From assembly GCA_045130665.1 (NCBI GenBank), contig JBGUQC010000004.1, positions 434,283 to 498,282 on the forward strand: a stretch of 64,000 nt of DNA, written 5' to 3'. Positions 1 through 8,573 of this stretch are shown one piece after another. How positions within the stretch are numbered: position 1 is the stretch's first letter; each line of letters opens with the position of its first letter. The DNA comes from Christensenellales bacterium (GTDB lineage: Bacteria > Bacillota > Clostridia > Christensenellales > CAG-917). The translations under genes and the position numbers were made by a program. The notes under the pieces are model-generated. The model was not told the origin of the DNA, made no database searches, and was given only the letters and a program-made list of their open reading frames with translations.

Positions 1-1
1 C

Positions 2-184
2 AACACTGAAGGTGCTGGTATGGAGCACAAGAGTGGTGTTGCACTAGAGGTCTTAACTATCTTAAATAATTTAGGTGCTAAAGTTTATGCTATTACGACA
101 TCTGAAACAAAGATTTCAAGTTGTATTAATGCAGAAGTATTAGATGCAGCAGTTATAGCTCTTAAACAATATTACGGAATATAA
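2..184 (+). CDS. aspartate kinase, C-terminal ACT-domain fragment (5' end outside window)
   Basis: Frame 2 is open from the window edge to TAA at 182-184. It reads ...GAGMEHKSGVALEVLTILNNLGAKVYAITTSETKISSCINAEVLDAAVIALKQYYGI. The G-GM..GVA...TSE-KIS pattern is the usual aspartokinase C-terminus. Confidence 0.6.
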   Translation, partial: NTEGAGMEHKSGVALEVLTILNNLGAKVYAITTSETKISSCINAEVLDAAVIALKQYYGI

Positions 185-208
185 ATTATAATTATTATTA
201 AACAAAAT

Positions 209-237
209 AAATGGTGCCCTTTCGAGCACCATTTTTT
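209..237. terminator. bidirectional rho-independent terminator between convergent genes
   Basis: AAATGGTGC-cctttcga-GCACCATTT forms a 9-bp stem, with an A-run upstream and a T-run downstream. Confidence 0.7.
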
Positions 238-254
238 ATTATTTTATTTTTATT

Positions 255-2630
255 TTATAATAATGCAGGTAAAACTGGTTCAACAACATCATCATCAAAT
301 GCCAACTTTGTTATAGTCTTAACATCTCCATCTCCATCGTTATAATAAACTAAAATTCCGGTTGTTTTTTCCAATTCAATTATTACATTTTCTCCAAAAT
401 CATAACGATAAACATCAAAGACAGTTCCATCTATAGTTCTTGTTGTCTGTTCACGAGTTGCTTGTTGATATTCCATATAATAATATGTAAATATAACATC
501 AAAACACATTGCGGTTTTTGCTTCACTTAATGAAAGATTATGTTCTGTAACCCATGCACTATTATATGTATCATATTCATAACCAACAATATTTTCTCTA
601 TCACTTAAATCAATATATCCTTGTGTTCCATAAATATTTATACTAACAATATCATTCTTACCAATAATTGTTATCTCATCTCCATCCCAATTCCAAGTCA
701 TATAAATACCTGTGTTCAACATAGAGAGAGCAGTTGCTTGAAGACTTGAAATATTGCCAAATCCTTCAAAAATTGTTGTGGTGGATGAAGAACTGCCGCC
801 ACCACCACCTGGCACGTCAACTACTGTTGTACCATAAGCACTGTAATTGAATTCATAACTTTTATATTGCTCTCTAATGCTGAAGGTAATCTTCTTTAAT
901 TTACCATTTTCAAACCAAACTCTATAGTTCTCAACATGGTATGATTGGCTTGATCCATTTGGAAGATATTCAAATGTGCTTACTGAATAATAATGAGATG
1001 TTGATTGATAACGTGCTTTACTTGTGAAGTCTATAGTAAATATTCCTGTTTTTGCATAGAATTGATCTGTTAAATCATAAGTTACAGATAAAGTTTGCCA
1101 ATCACCACTTTGATACAACATATTAAATGGATATAATCCTTGGCTATCTTTTCCACCTGTTCTTACATAGTATAATGTATCCACATATTCATCACGCATA
1201 TCTGTTCCATTAATAGCTAATGTTCCCGTAGCTTCAGAACTTTGATATGTACTACTATATGCGATAGTACAATTACCATTTAATAAGATTGAATAATCCA
1301 TAAAAATATCTTCCCAATCTTCTTGTTCTATTTGATATTGACTATCAAAGCTATCGCCATTTGGATCAGTAGGAAGAATAGCACGTGTTGGACCAGAAAC
1401 CTCAACAATTAATGTTAAAGTAACATTAACTAAGCCTGAAGATGTATAAACACTAAATGGCATTGTGTAAACAGCATCATCCTCATCATATGTAATTGTT
1501 ATAGAAGCATAAAATGGAGGAATTTCATGAGAATAACCACCATAAACATCATATGCTTTTGAAGGAATTAATGTTGCTGTTAGGTCATCAGTGGAAATAG
1601 TATAGTTTCCAAACATTACATCAGCACCATCATTCATTGCAATTTCAAAGGTAGAATCACTAAATAATTTTGCTGTTGCATTAGCAAGACTATAATTAAC
1701 TTCTTCATTAGTATTTGGAGAAATAGATTGTACGCCAAATCCTTTATCAGCAAAGTTGCTAGAAACAACTACTTCGCCTTGTCCTCCTTGGCCACCTTCA
1801 CCAGAGCCGCCTTGTCCTCCTTGGCCACCTTCACCAGAGCCGCCTGATCCACCTTGGCCACCTTCACCAGAGCCGCCTGATCCACCTTGACCTTGTGTTC
1901 CGTGTTCTTCTGTATGTGCAATATTGGTTGGAATAGTTGGGTTCCAACTTGTATTGAATTCAGTACATTCAATAGAAACACTTCCACTCTCACCACCAGC
2001 ACTTGCAGATGCGGCATACTTTAAGCATGCGCCTGTTTCTTTATCTATGATAACTTCTTGAGAATAACTTGCACCATAACCAACATAGTTTGTACTTATT
2101 GAATATTTTGTACAACTACGGTTTAAGAATGTAGTATCTGATTTTGTTCCTTCACCAGCACCTAAGTAATGATAATATCCAAGCCATCCAAAGACACCTG
2201 TTGATAATGCGTTAGCATAGGCATCCATATTTTCCTTTGTGAAATATGTTCCATAGTAATAAATATCTTTGTCCCAAGTGCCAGCAGCATTCTTTTCATA
2301 AACTACACCTTTGGTGTTGTCTGATAAATCATAAATTGCTTCTGTTGTTTCTGTTATATAATAGTAAATATGATTATTTACACCAAATGCGACATAATAT
2401 GTTTCATCGGCTTCACCACTTGATGAGGATGAAACACGTACTTTTACAAACACACCATTTGTGCCAGCCATTTCATTGATCTTTGCTTCAATTTGTGCAT
2501 AGTTGTAATCATCGGCGATATTAATAGAATCACCATTACCTTTGTCCTTGCTTCCACATGCAGTAAAGCAAACTGCAAAGCAAACAAGAAGAACAACTAT
2601 CATTGAAATAATACCAAATCTTTTTTTCAT
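255..2630 (-). CDS. large surface lipoprotein, function unknown (two related end domains joined by a Gly/Ser/Glu/Gln linker)
   Basis: 791-aa ORF with SD AAGGAG upstream. The N-terminus MKKRFGIISMIVVLLVCFAVCFTAC is a signal peptide plus lipobox. The protein is rich in Tyr/Asp/Thr/Asn and no catalytic motif was recognised. Confidence 0.8.
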   Translation of the reverse strand: MKKRFGIISMIVVLLVCFAVCFTACGSKDKGNGDSINIADDYNYAQIEAKINEMAGTNGVFVKVRVSSSSSGEADETYYVAFGVNNHIYYYITETTEAIYDLSDNTKGVVYEKNAAGTWDKDIYYYGTYFTKENMDAYANALSTGVFGWLGYYHYLGAGEGTKSDTTFLNRSCTKYSISTNYVGYGASYSQEVIIDKETGACLKYAASASAGGESGSVSIECTEFNTSWNPTIPTNIAHTEEHGTQGQGGSGGSGEGGQGGSGGSGEGGQGGQGGSGEGGQGGQGEVVVSSNFADKGFGVQSISPNTNEEVNYSLANATAKLFSDSTFEIAMNDGADVMFGNYTISTDDLTATLIPSKAYDVYGGYSHEIPPFYASITITYDEDDAVYTMPFSVYTSSGLVNVTLTLIVEVSGPTRAILPTDPNGDSFDSQYQIEQEDWEDIFMDYSILLNGNCTIAYSSTYQSSEATGTLAINGTDMRDEYVDTLYYVRTGGKDSQGLYPFNMLYQSGDWQTLSVTYDLTDQFYAKTGIFTIDFTSKARYQSTSHYYSVSTFEYLPNGSSQSYHVENYRVWFENGKLKKITFSIREQYKSYEFNYSAYGTTVVDVPGGGGGSSSSTTTIFEGFGNISSLQATALSMLNTGIYMTWNWDGDEITIIGKNDIVSINIYGTQGYIDLSDRENIVGYEYDTYNSAWVTEHNLSLSEAKTAMCFDVIFTYYYMEYQQATREQTTRTIDGTVFDVYRYDFGENVIIELEKTTGILVYYNDGDGDVKTITKLAFDDDVVEPVLPALL
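1775..1889 (-). repeat. in-frame 33-bp GC-rich tandem repeat, about 3.5 copies, encoding GGSGGSGEGGQ-type linker
   Basis: Units 1775-1807 and 1808-1840 are identical (cgccttgtcctccttggccaccttcaccagagc). Unit 1841-1873 is a variant, and a half unit follows to about 1889. Confidence 0.9.
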
Positions 2631-2660
2631 AATTTTTGCTCCTTTATATATTTTGTTTAA

Positions 2661-3365
2661 TTATTCTTTGCTATCTTCATCAGCATCTTGAACTGGCTCT
2701 TCAACTTCTTCAGTTGTATCCCCACTTTCCTCTGCTGTAATTTTTTCATTTGCCTTTTCTTTTGTAAATAGAAGAATATATCCGAATAAGACTACGCCAA
2801 GTAATACAATATCTCCAACGTTGCCTATTATTATGTACCAATAATATTTTACATATTCACTTGGTATATCTGCATACACTCCAAACTCTAATAAACGAGC
2901 AAGAAGTGAGAAGAATAAATATCCTCCTAAACATGCAATACATACAATATCTAATACCTTGTTATCTTTAAGCTTTTCGATGAAAGTCTTGAGAATAAAT
3001 ATAACTAGTATTGCCATTGCAGATAATGCTGCAAGAAAATCAAAAGCATATACTGCTTGTCCAATTTCTGAGCCATATCCTACTCCGCCCAAGAAACCAT
3101 ATAATATCCTTAAAGCTAAAAATCCAAAGAATATAATACCAATTAATCTTGCTGCCTTATCATTCTTTTTAACAAGTGCAAAAATAAGTGCTGCGACAAG
3201 GCCAAAGAAGAAGATTAAAAAGAAGAATCCTCCTGCTATCGCGCCTCCATCGCCGTTGTCCATAACACCAACTGCATACAAAAATTCAAATAATGCATAC
3301 ACTCCTACTAGTATCATTAATACTAGTTTTGCTGGCTTACGTAATACTGATAAAATTTTTTCCAT
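2661..3365 (-). CDS. polytopic membrane protein with acidic C-terminal tail, function unknown
   Basis: 234-aa ORF with about 6 hydrophobic segments. The C-terminus is EESGDTTEEVEEPVQDADEDSKE. It sits between the two large lipoprotein genes on the same strand. Confidence 0.7.
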   Translation of the reverse strand: MEKILSVLRKPAKLVLMILVGVYALFEFLYAVGVMDNGDGGAIAGGFFFLIFFFGLVAALIFALVKKNDKAARLIGIIFFGFLALRILYGFLGGVGYGSEIGQAVYAFDFLAALSAMAILVIFILKTFIEKLKDNKVLDIVCIACLGGYLFFSLLARLLEFGVYADIPSEYVKYYWYIIIGNVGDIVLLGVVLFGYILLFTKEKANEKITAEESGDTTEEVEEPVQDADEDSKE

Positions 3366-3394
3366 AATTATCCTTTTTATATTATGTTTGATTT

Positions 3395-3424
3395 ACTGCG
3401 GTGTATTTTATTTTGCACCGCAGT
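3395..3424 (-). other. intercistronic stem-loop downstream of the 1615-aa gene (no clear U-tract)
   Basis: ACTGCGGTG-N12-CACCGCAGT is a perfect 9-bp stem. It may be a processing/stability element or a weak terminator. Confidence 0.35.
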
Positions 3425-3444
3425 ATTGTTTCATTATTTATTGT

Positions 3445-6400
3445 TTAAGGTATTGCTGCAAAAACAACTTCTCCTGTCACTTCATTAACAATATTGAATG
3501 GGAAACCACTATATGAACCTGGCATATAATTGACAATATCACATTCTCCATCATCTGAAAGAGCCCACATACCTTGATATGCACCAAAGTATTCATATGT
3601 AATTGTTTCCCTGGATTGTGGTGCGATATCAATAATATTATGATTACTATCTAATGCTTGTACAATGGCTGTATATTCACCAAATTGCATAAATAAGTAC
3701 AAGTCACCATATTGACACATCCAATAACAAATTGTTCCATTGCTAATTACAAAATGTTCTGTGGAAATATCGTATACTTTACCATTGATAAGATAAAGAT
3801 TGCCACCCATTGGTGTAGCACCTACTGGTTCTCCATATGAGCCGGCATCCACTTGTACTTGTGCAGCCTCAATATTTGCTAATTCACCAACATATCTATA
3901 TAAGTTTAAATAACCAAATTCTTTTACAATGATAAATGTGTCTTTCTCCCCTGCTTCTCCAACAACTAATATGTCTTTAACTGTTCCATTATATTCTGCT
4001 GCTGACACACTTGGAACATTGTTGTTATCTAGTTCAAACATGCAATTAGAAGTATCTATACCATCCCATAGATAATTGTTATCTAGATATAAAATGTATT
4101 TTCCATCTTTTATCCAAATACCATTAAAATTCCAACTATTATTTGTAATAAAGGTAGATATTTCAGAATCACTATATGTATTTCCTGCCATAACTAAAAC
4201 TGTGAATGCTACATCATCTTGTGTGCAGAACAACCATGTGTCATCTTCCACAACAGTTTTATATACAAGAGTGTATGGTACTACTTGTAAACCATTTTGT
4301 GTGATAAGTAGACAACCAATTATATTGACATCCCCCATGGATTCATAACAAAGATATTTATTATTTCCTACTGTCTTATCAACCCAATAGCAATCACCAT
4401 CTAAATCAAAAGTTATAACATGTAAAATTTCATTCTGATCATAAACTCCATCACAATTTCCGCTAATATTTTGTGCACCATTTTGTGTATTTCTTAGATA
4501 GAAATCTACAAATGCGCCTTCTGAATCAAACACATATGCAACTTCATATACTGTTGGGAACGTCACAAATGAATTTCCATCTGGGAATAGATAGTAATCT
4601 GTAGAACCTATAGTTAATACATAAGCATCATACTCTGGCCCTAAATTTTTGAAATTGCAATCATCTATCATTTCCCAACTACTATTATCTGGATTAACCA
4701 TTTCAAGAATTCCAGCAGCCTCAGCTGAAGCACTACTTGTAGTATCAGCCAATACTTGAGCAAATGTTGGAATATTGTTTATAGATTTTTTACCATCATA
4801 TACAACTACAAAAGACATAGTTAAAGGAGAATGTGTATCTGCACCAAGTGTTATTATCCATGTAGCATAGTCAATTTCATATCCGACACCACTTAATGGA
4901 GGGACCATTTCTCCATCATAAACATAACCATATGAATAAATGTAGTATCCAACATCACAAAGTACTCTTTCATTTCCTTCTTCTAGCACATAATATGATG
5001 CAAACATTTCCCAGTCTCCAGAGTCAAATATATCAACTGAATAGAAATCTCCGAGATCATTATAAACCCACTTAAATATATCCGCTTCAACAATTACCCA
5101 ATCAACTATTTCACCATTTGTAACCGTTGCATTATACATAAATCCAAGGTGGTTGCCTAAAACATTATTTAATGTAAGACGAGTTGCTCCAGTTATAGTG
5201 TGATCTTGTTCAGATGCATATTCATAGTCAATGAATTCATCAACTACCTCACCCATGTACATTGATAAAAGTTTGTTTTGACCGATAGTGTAAACCAGAT
5301 CAACACCTGGACCTGACATAAACATATAACCATTTTCCATTCTCCAACGTAAATAAGTTATTGCATATACTGGATAAGCATCTCCATCAAAGATGTCTTC
5401 TAAACTTTCACCAACAAACAAATAAGTTCCCTTCTTTCCACCATCTAAAGTAAAGACTTCCCACGAATATAAATCTGGTTGAACTTCTTCACATTGTAAG
5501 ACAGCAATAATTTCACCTAAATGAAGGGTCAAAGTATGATCATTGTTCTTCATATATGGCCAATCGCCACCTTCCATATTGAGATAGACCATATTGGCAT
5601 CCTCTTCCCAAGAATAAGATACCGCTGTCTTATCAAAGACTGGATCAATACGACCTGATAATACTTGTTCTACACTATCAGCATAATAAACAAATGTATT
5701 AGTAGAATAAGAACCATAACGTGTAAGAGCCATATATATATTCATTTCAACATCTATATCGTAACCTTGTTCGATAACCCAGCAAATATCACCAACATCA
5801 CGAATTAACTCTCCACCATTTCTTGGGGATTTCATAAAGTCGAACCAATAAGTAGGCCAATTATTATTTTCAAGAGCTGGTGAATATAATTCAATAGAAG
5901 AAACAGATTCATCCCAAGTAATATTTGAATCCCCAAATAGATAATAGTATTCCAAACTGGAATTATTATAATTATAAATCCATTGGGCTTGTGCTTCACC
6001 AAGGGTTTTTGCACTATGGAAATTATATGCCTTGTTGTCTTCTACTCTAAAGTAGATTGACATTTCATTACCACTACCATCTAGGCCTTGCCAGAACCAA
6101 TCTCTATTATCTAAGTGTGCTGTAAGTACACCACCTGTTCCAATATCAAATGAATCAAAGATGAAGTATTCGCAATCTATACCAACAGGAACACTAGCTT
6201 CTTCTATAAATTCCCAACCTACATAACAATAATCAATAGAAGGTTGTTTACCATTAAGAATGTTTTCTCCTGTAATGTCTACTTCTTCGTCAAAGAAATA
6301 TATAAAGATGAATTTAAATGATTCATTATCGCAGAAAGATAATACTACATAGTGTTCACCATCAAAATTCTTATCATCCCAATATCCAAAACGATATAAT

Positions 6401-8292
6401 TCAACACCAGTATCTATATGTAAATTATTTTGATTATCCGTATAGAACAAATAATCGAAATGACTTGCAGAAATATATGGATCTACCTCATAATCCCAAG
6501 TGCCTATAAATGTACCGGCCTTTGGTAGAGTATTATCATTATATAATCCATCATAGATGAATAAATAATGAGCATCTGGGCCATTTTCAACTTCAAATGT
6601 ATAGAAAGCCAATGTCTCATTATCTGGTTCACTTCTATATATATATGTTACTTCACCTGCATTAAAGAAACTTGGAACAAGAGTATTTAAATTAATATCA
6701 AGAACATACTTTGGTATATAATCATCGGAAAGTTCGCCGTGATAATTGTTACCACTCCAATCATAAATGCGTTCACCAACATTAAACAATCCATCATTTT
6801 GATAAATGCTATATACAGCTATAGGAGCAATTGGGTTATTATTGTTATCTACTAATTGTGCATCACTTGTGTATTGACCAGAATATGCATAAACAAAAAT
6901 CTCATCATGATCAACCATATCAAGAAAAGCAGCCCTACTTATTGGACCTGAGCATGGAGCAACCAAACGTAATGTTACTTGATTTTCTGCATCATAAACC
7001 ATGGAAAGATAATTGGTTTCATTATAAGTTGCAGCAACGGTATAAACATCAGAATCCCAACCTAGAACATTAAATGCGACGTCTTCAATTACTTCATAGT
7101 TACTACCCAAATTATAGTTAGCATAAATTATATTCTTTCCAAATAAAGGACTTGCATATTCTGCATGACCTGGATCTGTTTGATACAATCTTGGTTCAAA
7201 GCCAGATTCTACATAGTATGGTCCAAAGAAATAATGCGAATCATCTATATCAATTGTAATTAAATTAGGTACTAAGTCTGCATATTGTGGAATAGCTTTA
7301 GTAATAGTTAATGTTGCATGCATAGCATCTAAAGCATTGTAGTTAGGATTTGTTACAGTAAATGTTGCTGTTGCATTGTATGTTCCAGCGTCTGTTCCTG
7401 TATTACCTGTATAAGCAACCTCTACACCATCTGGCAGTGTTCCAGTTACTAATAAGGATTTTACTGTACCATCATATGTAACTTGTGTATTAACGAATGA
7501 TAATCCCGTAATATTACCCTTATTAATTGTTAAGGTTGCATTGAGTGTAACAGGATTAAAGTTTGCCTTGGATACTGTTGCAGTGATTGCATATGTTCCA
7601 ACATTTGTTTGAATGTTTGCACCAGTTGCAACATTTTGCATACTATACACAACACTCATTCCCTCGCCGAGCCCTGTAACTGCAATTGATTGAGCTTGTC
7701 CGTTGTATGTTACTGTACTATCTACAAAAGACAATCCTGTTAAGTCTGCTTTAATAATTACAAGATTTGCTCTTAAATCTGGAATATCATTGTAGTTGCT
7801 GTTCCCTGTAAAATGAGCAACAACCTCATATGTTCCCGCATCAACCTTACCATTATTATCATAAGAAACAGTTACACCTTCTGGTAATGTACCAGTAATT
7901 GCAAGTGATTTTGCACTGCCATCATAGGTAAACTGTCCACCATTTAAAACAATTCCTGTCATATCGTATGTTGCCTTTGCAACTCTGATAATAACAGGAA
8001 TGTCTGTAATAATTTGGTATTTTTCTGTATCAGCTGGGGTAAATGTTACAAGGAATTCATTGTTTCCTGCATTACCAACTGATGTGGTTAATGGTGCTTG
8101 CCATGAAAAACCCTCTGGCAAAGCAACATTTGCTAATGTTTGTCCATAAGTAGCATTAAGCGTTGGCTTTACATAATCAGGTATTTGAAGGTCTTCACCA
8201 TCACTACCTTTTTTAGCACTACATGCAACTAAAGAAGCTGCAAGTATTAATACCAACACTAGCACTAAAAACAATCCTAATTTTTTATTCAT
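3445..8292 (-). CDS. giant surface lipoprotein: N-terminal Ig-like/MBG-type repeats plus a ~1280-aa aromatic/acidic region of unknown function
   Basis: 1615-aa ORF. MNKKLGLFLVLVLVLILAASLVAC is a signal peptide plus lipobox, with SD GAGAGGGG upstream. Three ~76-aa repeats carry the YDG(S/T)xKSL...GTLP(E/D)GV...DAGTY signature. The rest has no recognisable domain. Confidence 0.8.
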   Translation of the reverse strand: MNKKLGLFLVLVLVLILAASLVACSAKKGSDGEDLQIPDYVKPTLNATYGQTLANVALPEGFSWQAPLTTSVGNAGNNEFLVTFTPADTEKYQIITDIPVIIRVAKATYDMTGIVLNGGQFTYDGSAKSLAITGTLPEGVTVSYDNNGKVDAGTYEVVAHFTGNSNYNDIPDLRANLVIIKADLTGLSFVDSTVTYNGQAQSIAVTGLGEGMSVVYSMQNVATGANIQTNVGTYAITATVSKANFNPVTLNATLTINKGNITGLSFVNTQVTYDGTVKSLLVTGTLPDGVEVAYTGNTGTDAGTYNATATFTVTNPNYNALDAMHATLTITKAIPQYADLVPNLITIDIDDSHYFFGPYYVESGFEPRLYQTDPGHAEYASPLFGKNIIYANYNLGSNYEVIEDVAFNVLGWDSDVYTVAATYNETNYLSMVYDAENQVTLRLVAPCSGPISRAAFLDMVDHDEIFVYAYSGQYTSDAQLVDNNNNPIAPIAVYSIYQNDGLFNVGERIYDWSGNNYHGELSDDYIPKYVLDINLNTLVPSFFNAGEVTYIYRSEPDNETLAFYTFEVENGPDAHYLFIYDGLYNDNTLPKAGTFIGTWDYEVDPYISASHFDYLFYTDNQNNLHIDTGVELYRFGYWDDKNFDGEHYVVLSFCDNESFKFIFIYFFDEEVDITGENILNGKQPSIDYCYVGWEFIEEASVPVGIDCEYFIFDSFDIGTGGVLTAHLDNRDWFWQGLDGSGNEMSIYFRVEDNKAYNFHSAKTLGEAQAQWIYNYNNSSLEYYYLFGDSNITWDESVSSIELYSPALENNNWPTYWFDFMKSPRNGGELIRDVGDICWVIEQGYDIDVEMNIYMALTRYGSYSTNTFVYYADSVEQVLSGRIDPVFDKTAVSYSWEEDANMVYLNMEGGDWPYMKNNDHTLTLHLGEIIAVLQCEEVQPDLYSWEVFTLDGGKKGTYLFVGESLEDIFDGDAYPVYAITYLRWRMENGYMFMSGPGVDLVYTIGQNKLLSMYMGEVVDEFIDYEYASEQDHTITGATRLTLNNVLGNHLGFMYNATVTNGEIVDWVIVEADIFKWVYNDLGDFYSVDIFDSGDWEMFASYYVLEEGNERVLCDVGYYIYSYGYVYDGEMVPPLSGVGYEIDYATWIITLGADTHSPLTMSFVVVYDGKKSINNIPTFAQVLADTTSSASAEAAGILEMVNPDNSSWEMIDDCNFKNLGPEYDAYVLTIGSTDYYLFPDGNSFVTFPTVYEVAYVFDSEGAFVDFYLRNTQNGAQNISGNCDGVYDQNEILHVITFDLDGDCYWVDKTVGNNKYLCYESMGDVNIIGCLLITQNGLQVVPYTLVYKTVVEDDTWLFCTQDDVAFTVLVMAGNTYSDSEISTFITNNSWNFNGIWIKDGKYILYLDNNYLWDGIDTSNCMFELDNNNVPSVSAAEYNGTVKDILVVGEAGEKDTFIIVKEFGYLNLYRYVGELANIEAAQVQVDAGSYGEPVGATPMGGNLYLINGKVYDISTEHFVISNGTICYWMCQYGDLYLFMQFGEYTAIVQALDSNHNIIDIAPQSRETITYEYFGAYQGMWALSDDGECDIVNYMPGSYSGFPFNIVNEVTGEVVFAAIP
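7294..8172 (-). repeat. protein-level tandem Ig-like (MBG/YDG-type) repeat block inside the 1615-aa gene
   Basis: Residues ~41-333 hold one leader domain (YGQTLANVALPEGFSW...) followed by three repeats. These repeats end LVIIKA / LTINKG / LTITKA. Confidence 0.65.
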
Positions 8293-8333
8293 ATTGATTC
8301 CCCTCTCAAGGATAAAATTTTTCTAAATCTTTA

Positions 8334-8350
8334 ATACTATAAAATAGTAT
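8334..8350. promoter_or_regulatory. perfect 7-3-7 palindrome ATACTAT-aaa-ATAGTAT, 42 nt upstream of the 1615-aa gene start
   Basis: Read directly from the sequence. It lies within a possible TTAGCA-16-TATTAA promoter on the minus strand. It is a candidate operator for the adjacent LuxR-type regulator. Confidence 0.3.
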
Positions 8351-8573
8351 CTTGCTAAAATTATATAAATCTGCCCTTGCCACTTACAATAGCATATGCG
8401 CATGTATATAGGGTGATTTGGGGGTGATTTTTAGTATTTTGCCCCATTTTCATAACTTTATAATGAAAAATTAAACTGAAATCGTTTAATTTCTTAATAT
8501 AAAAAATGTTTGCCTTGGCTACTTTTTAAATCCAAAACAAACAAATAAAAATAGTGTTTATATACAAAAATGC

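Noticed and set aside
1775-1889. CRISPR array or mobile-element repeat
   Set aside because: The units are directly abutting with no spacers, are in frame inside a gene, and encode a Gly-rich linker. No cas, transposase or integrase genes exist in the window.
8293-8573. 30-codon ORF (MKMGQNTKNHPQITLYTCAYAIVSGKGRFI) on the minus strand of the intergenic gap
   Set aside because: It has no SD and no recognisable features, and it overlaps the palindromes that are more plausibly regulatory DNA.
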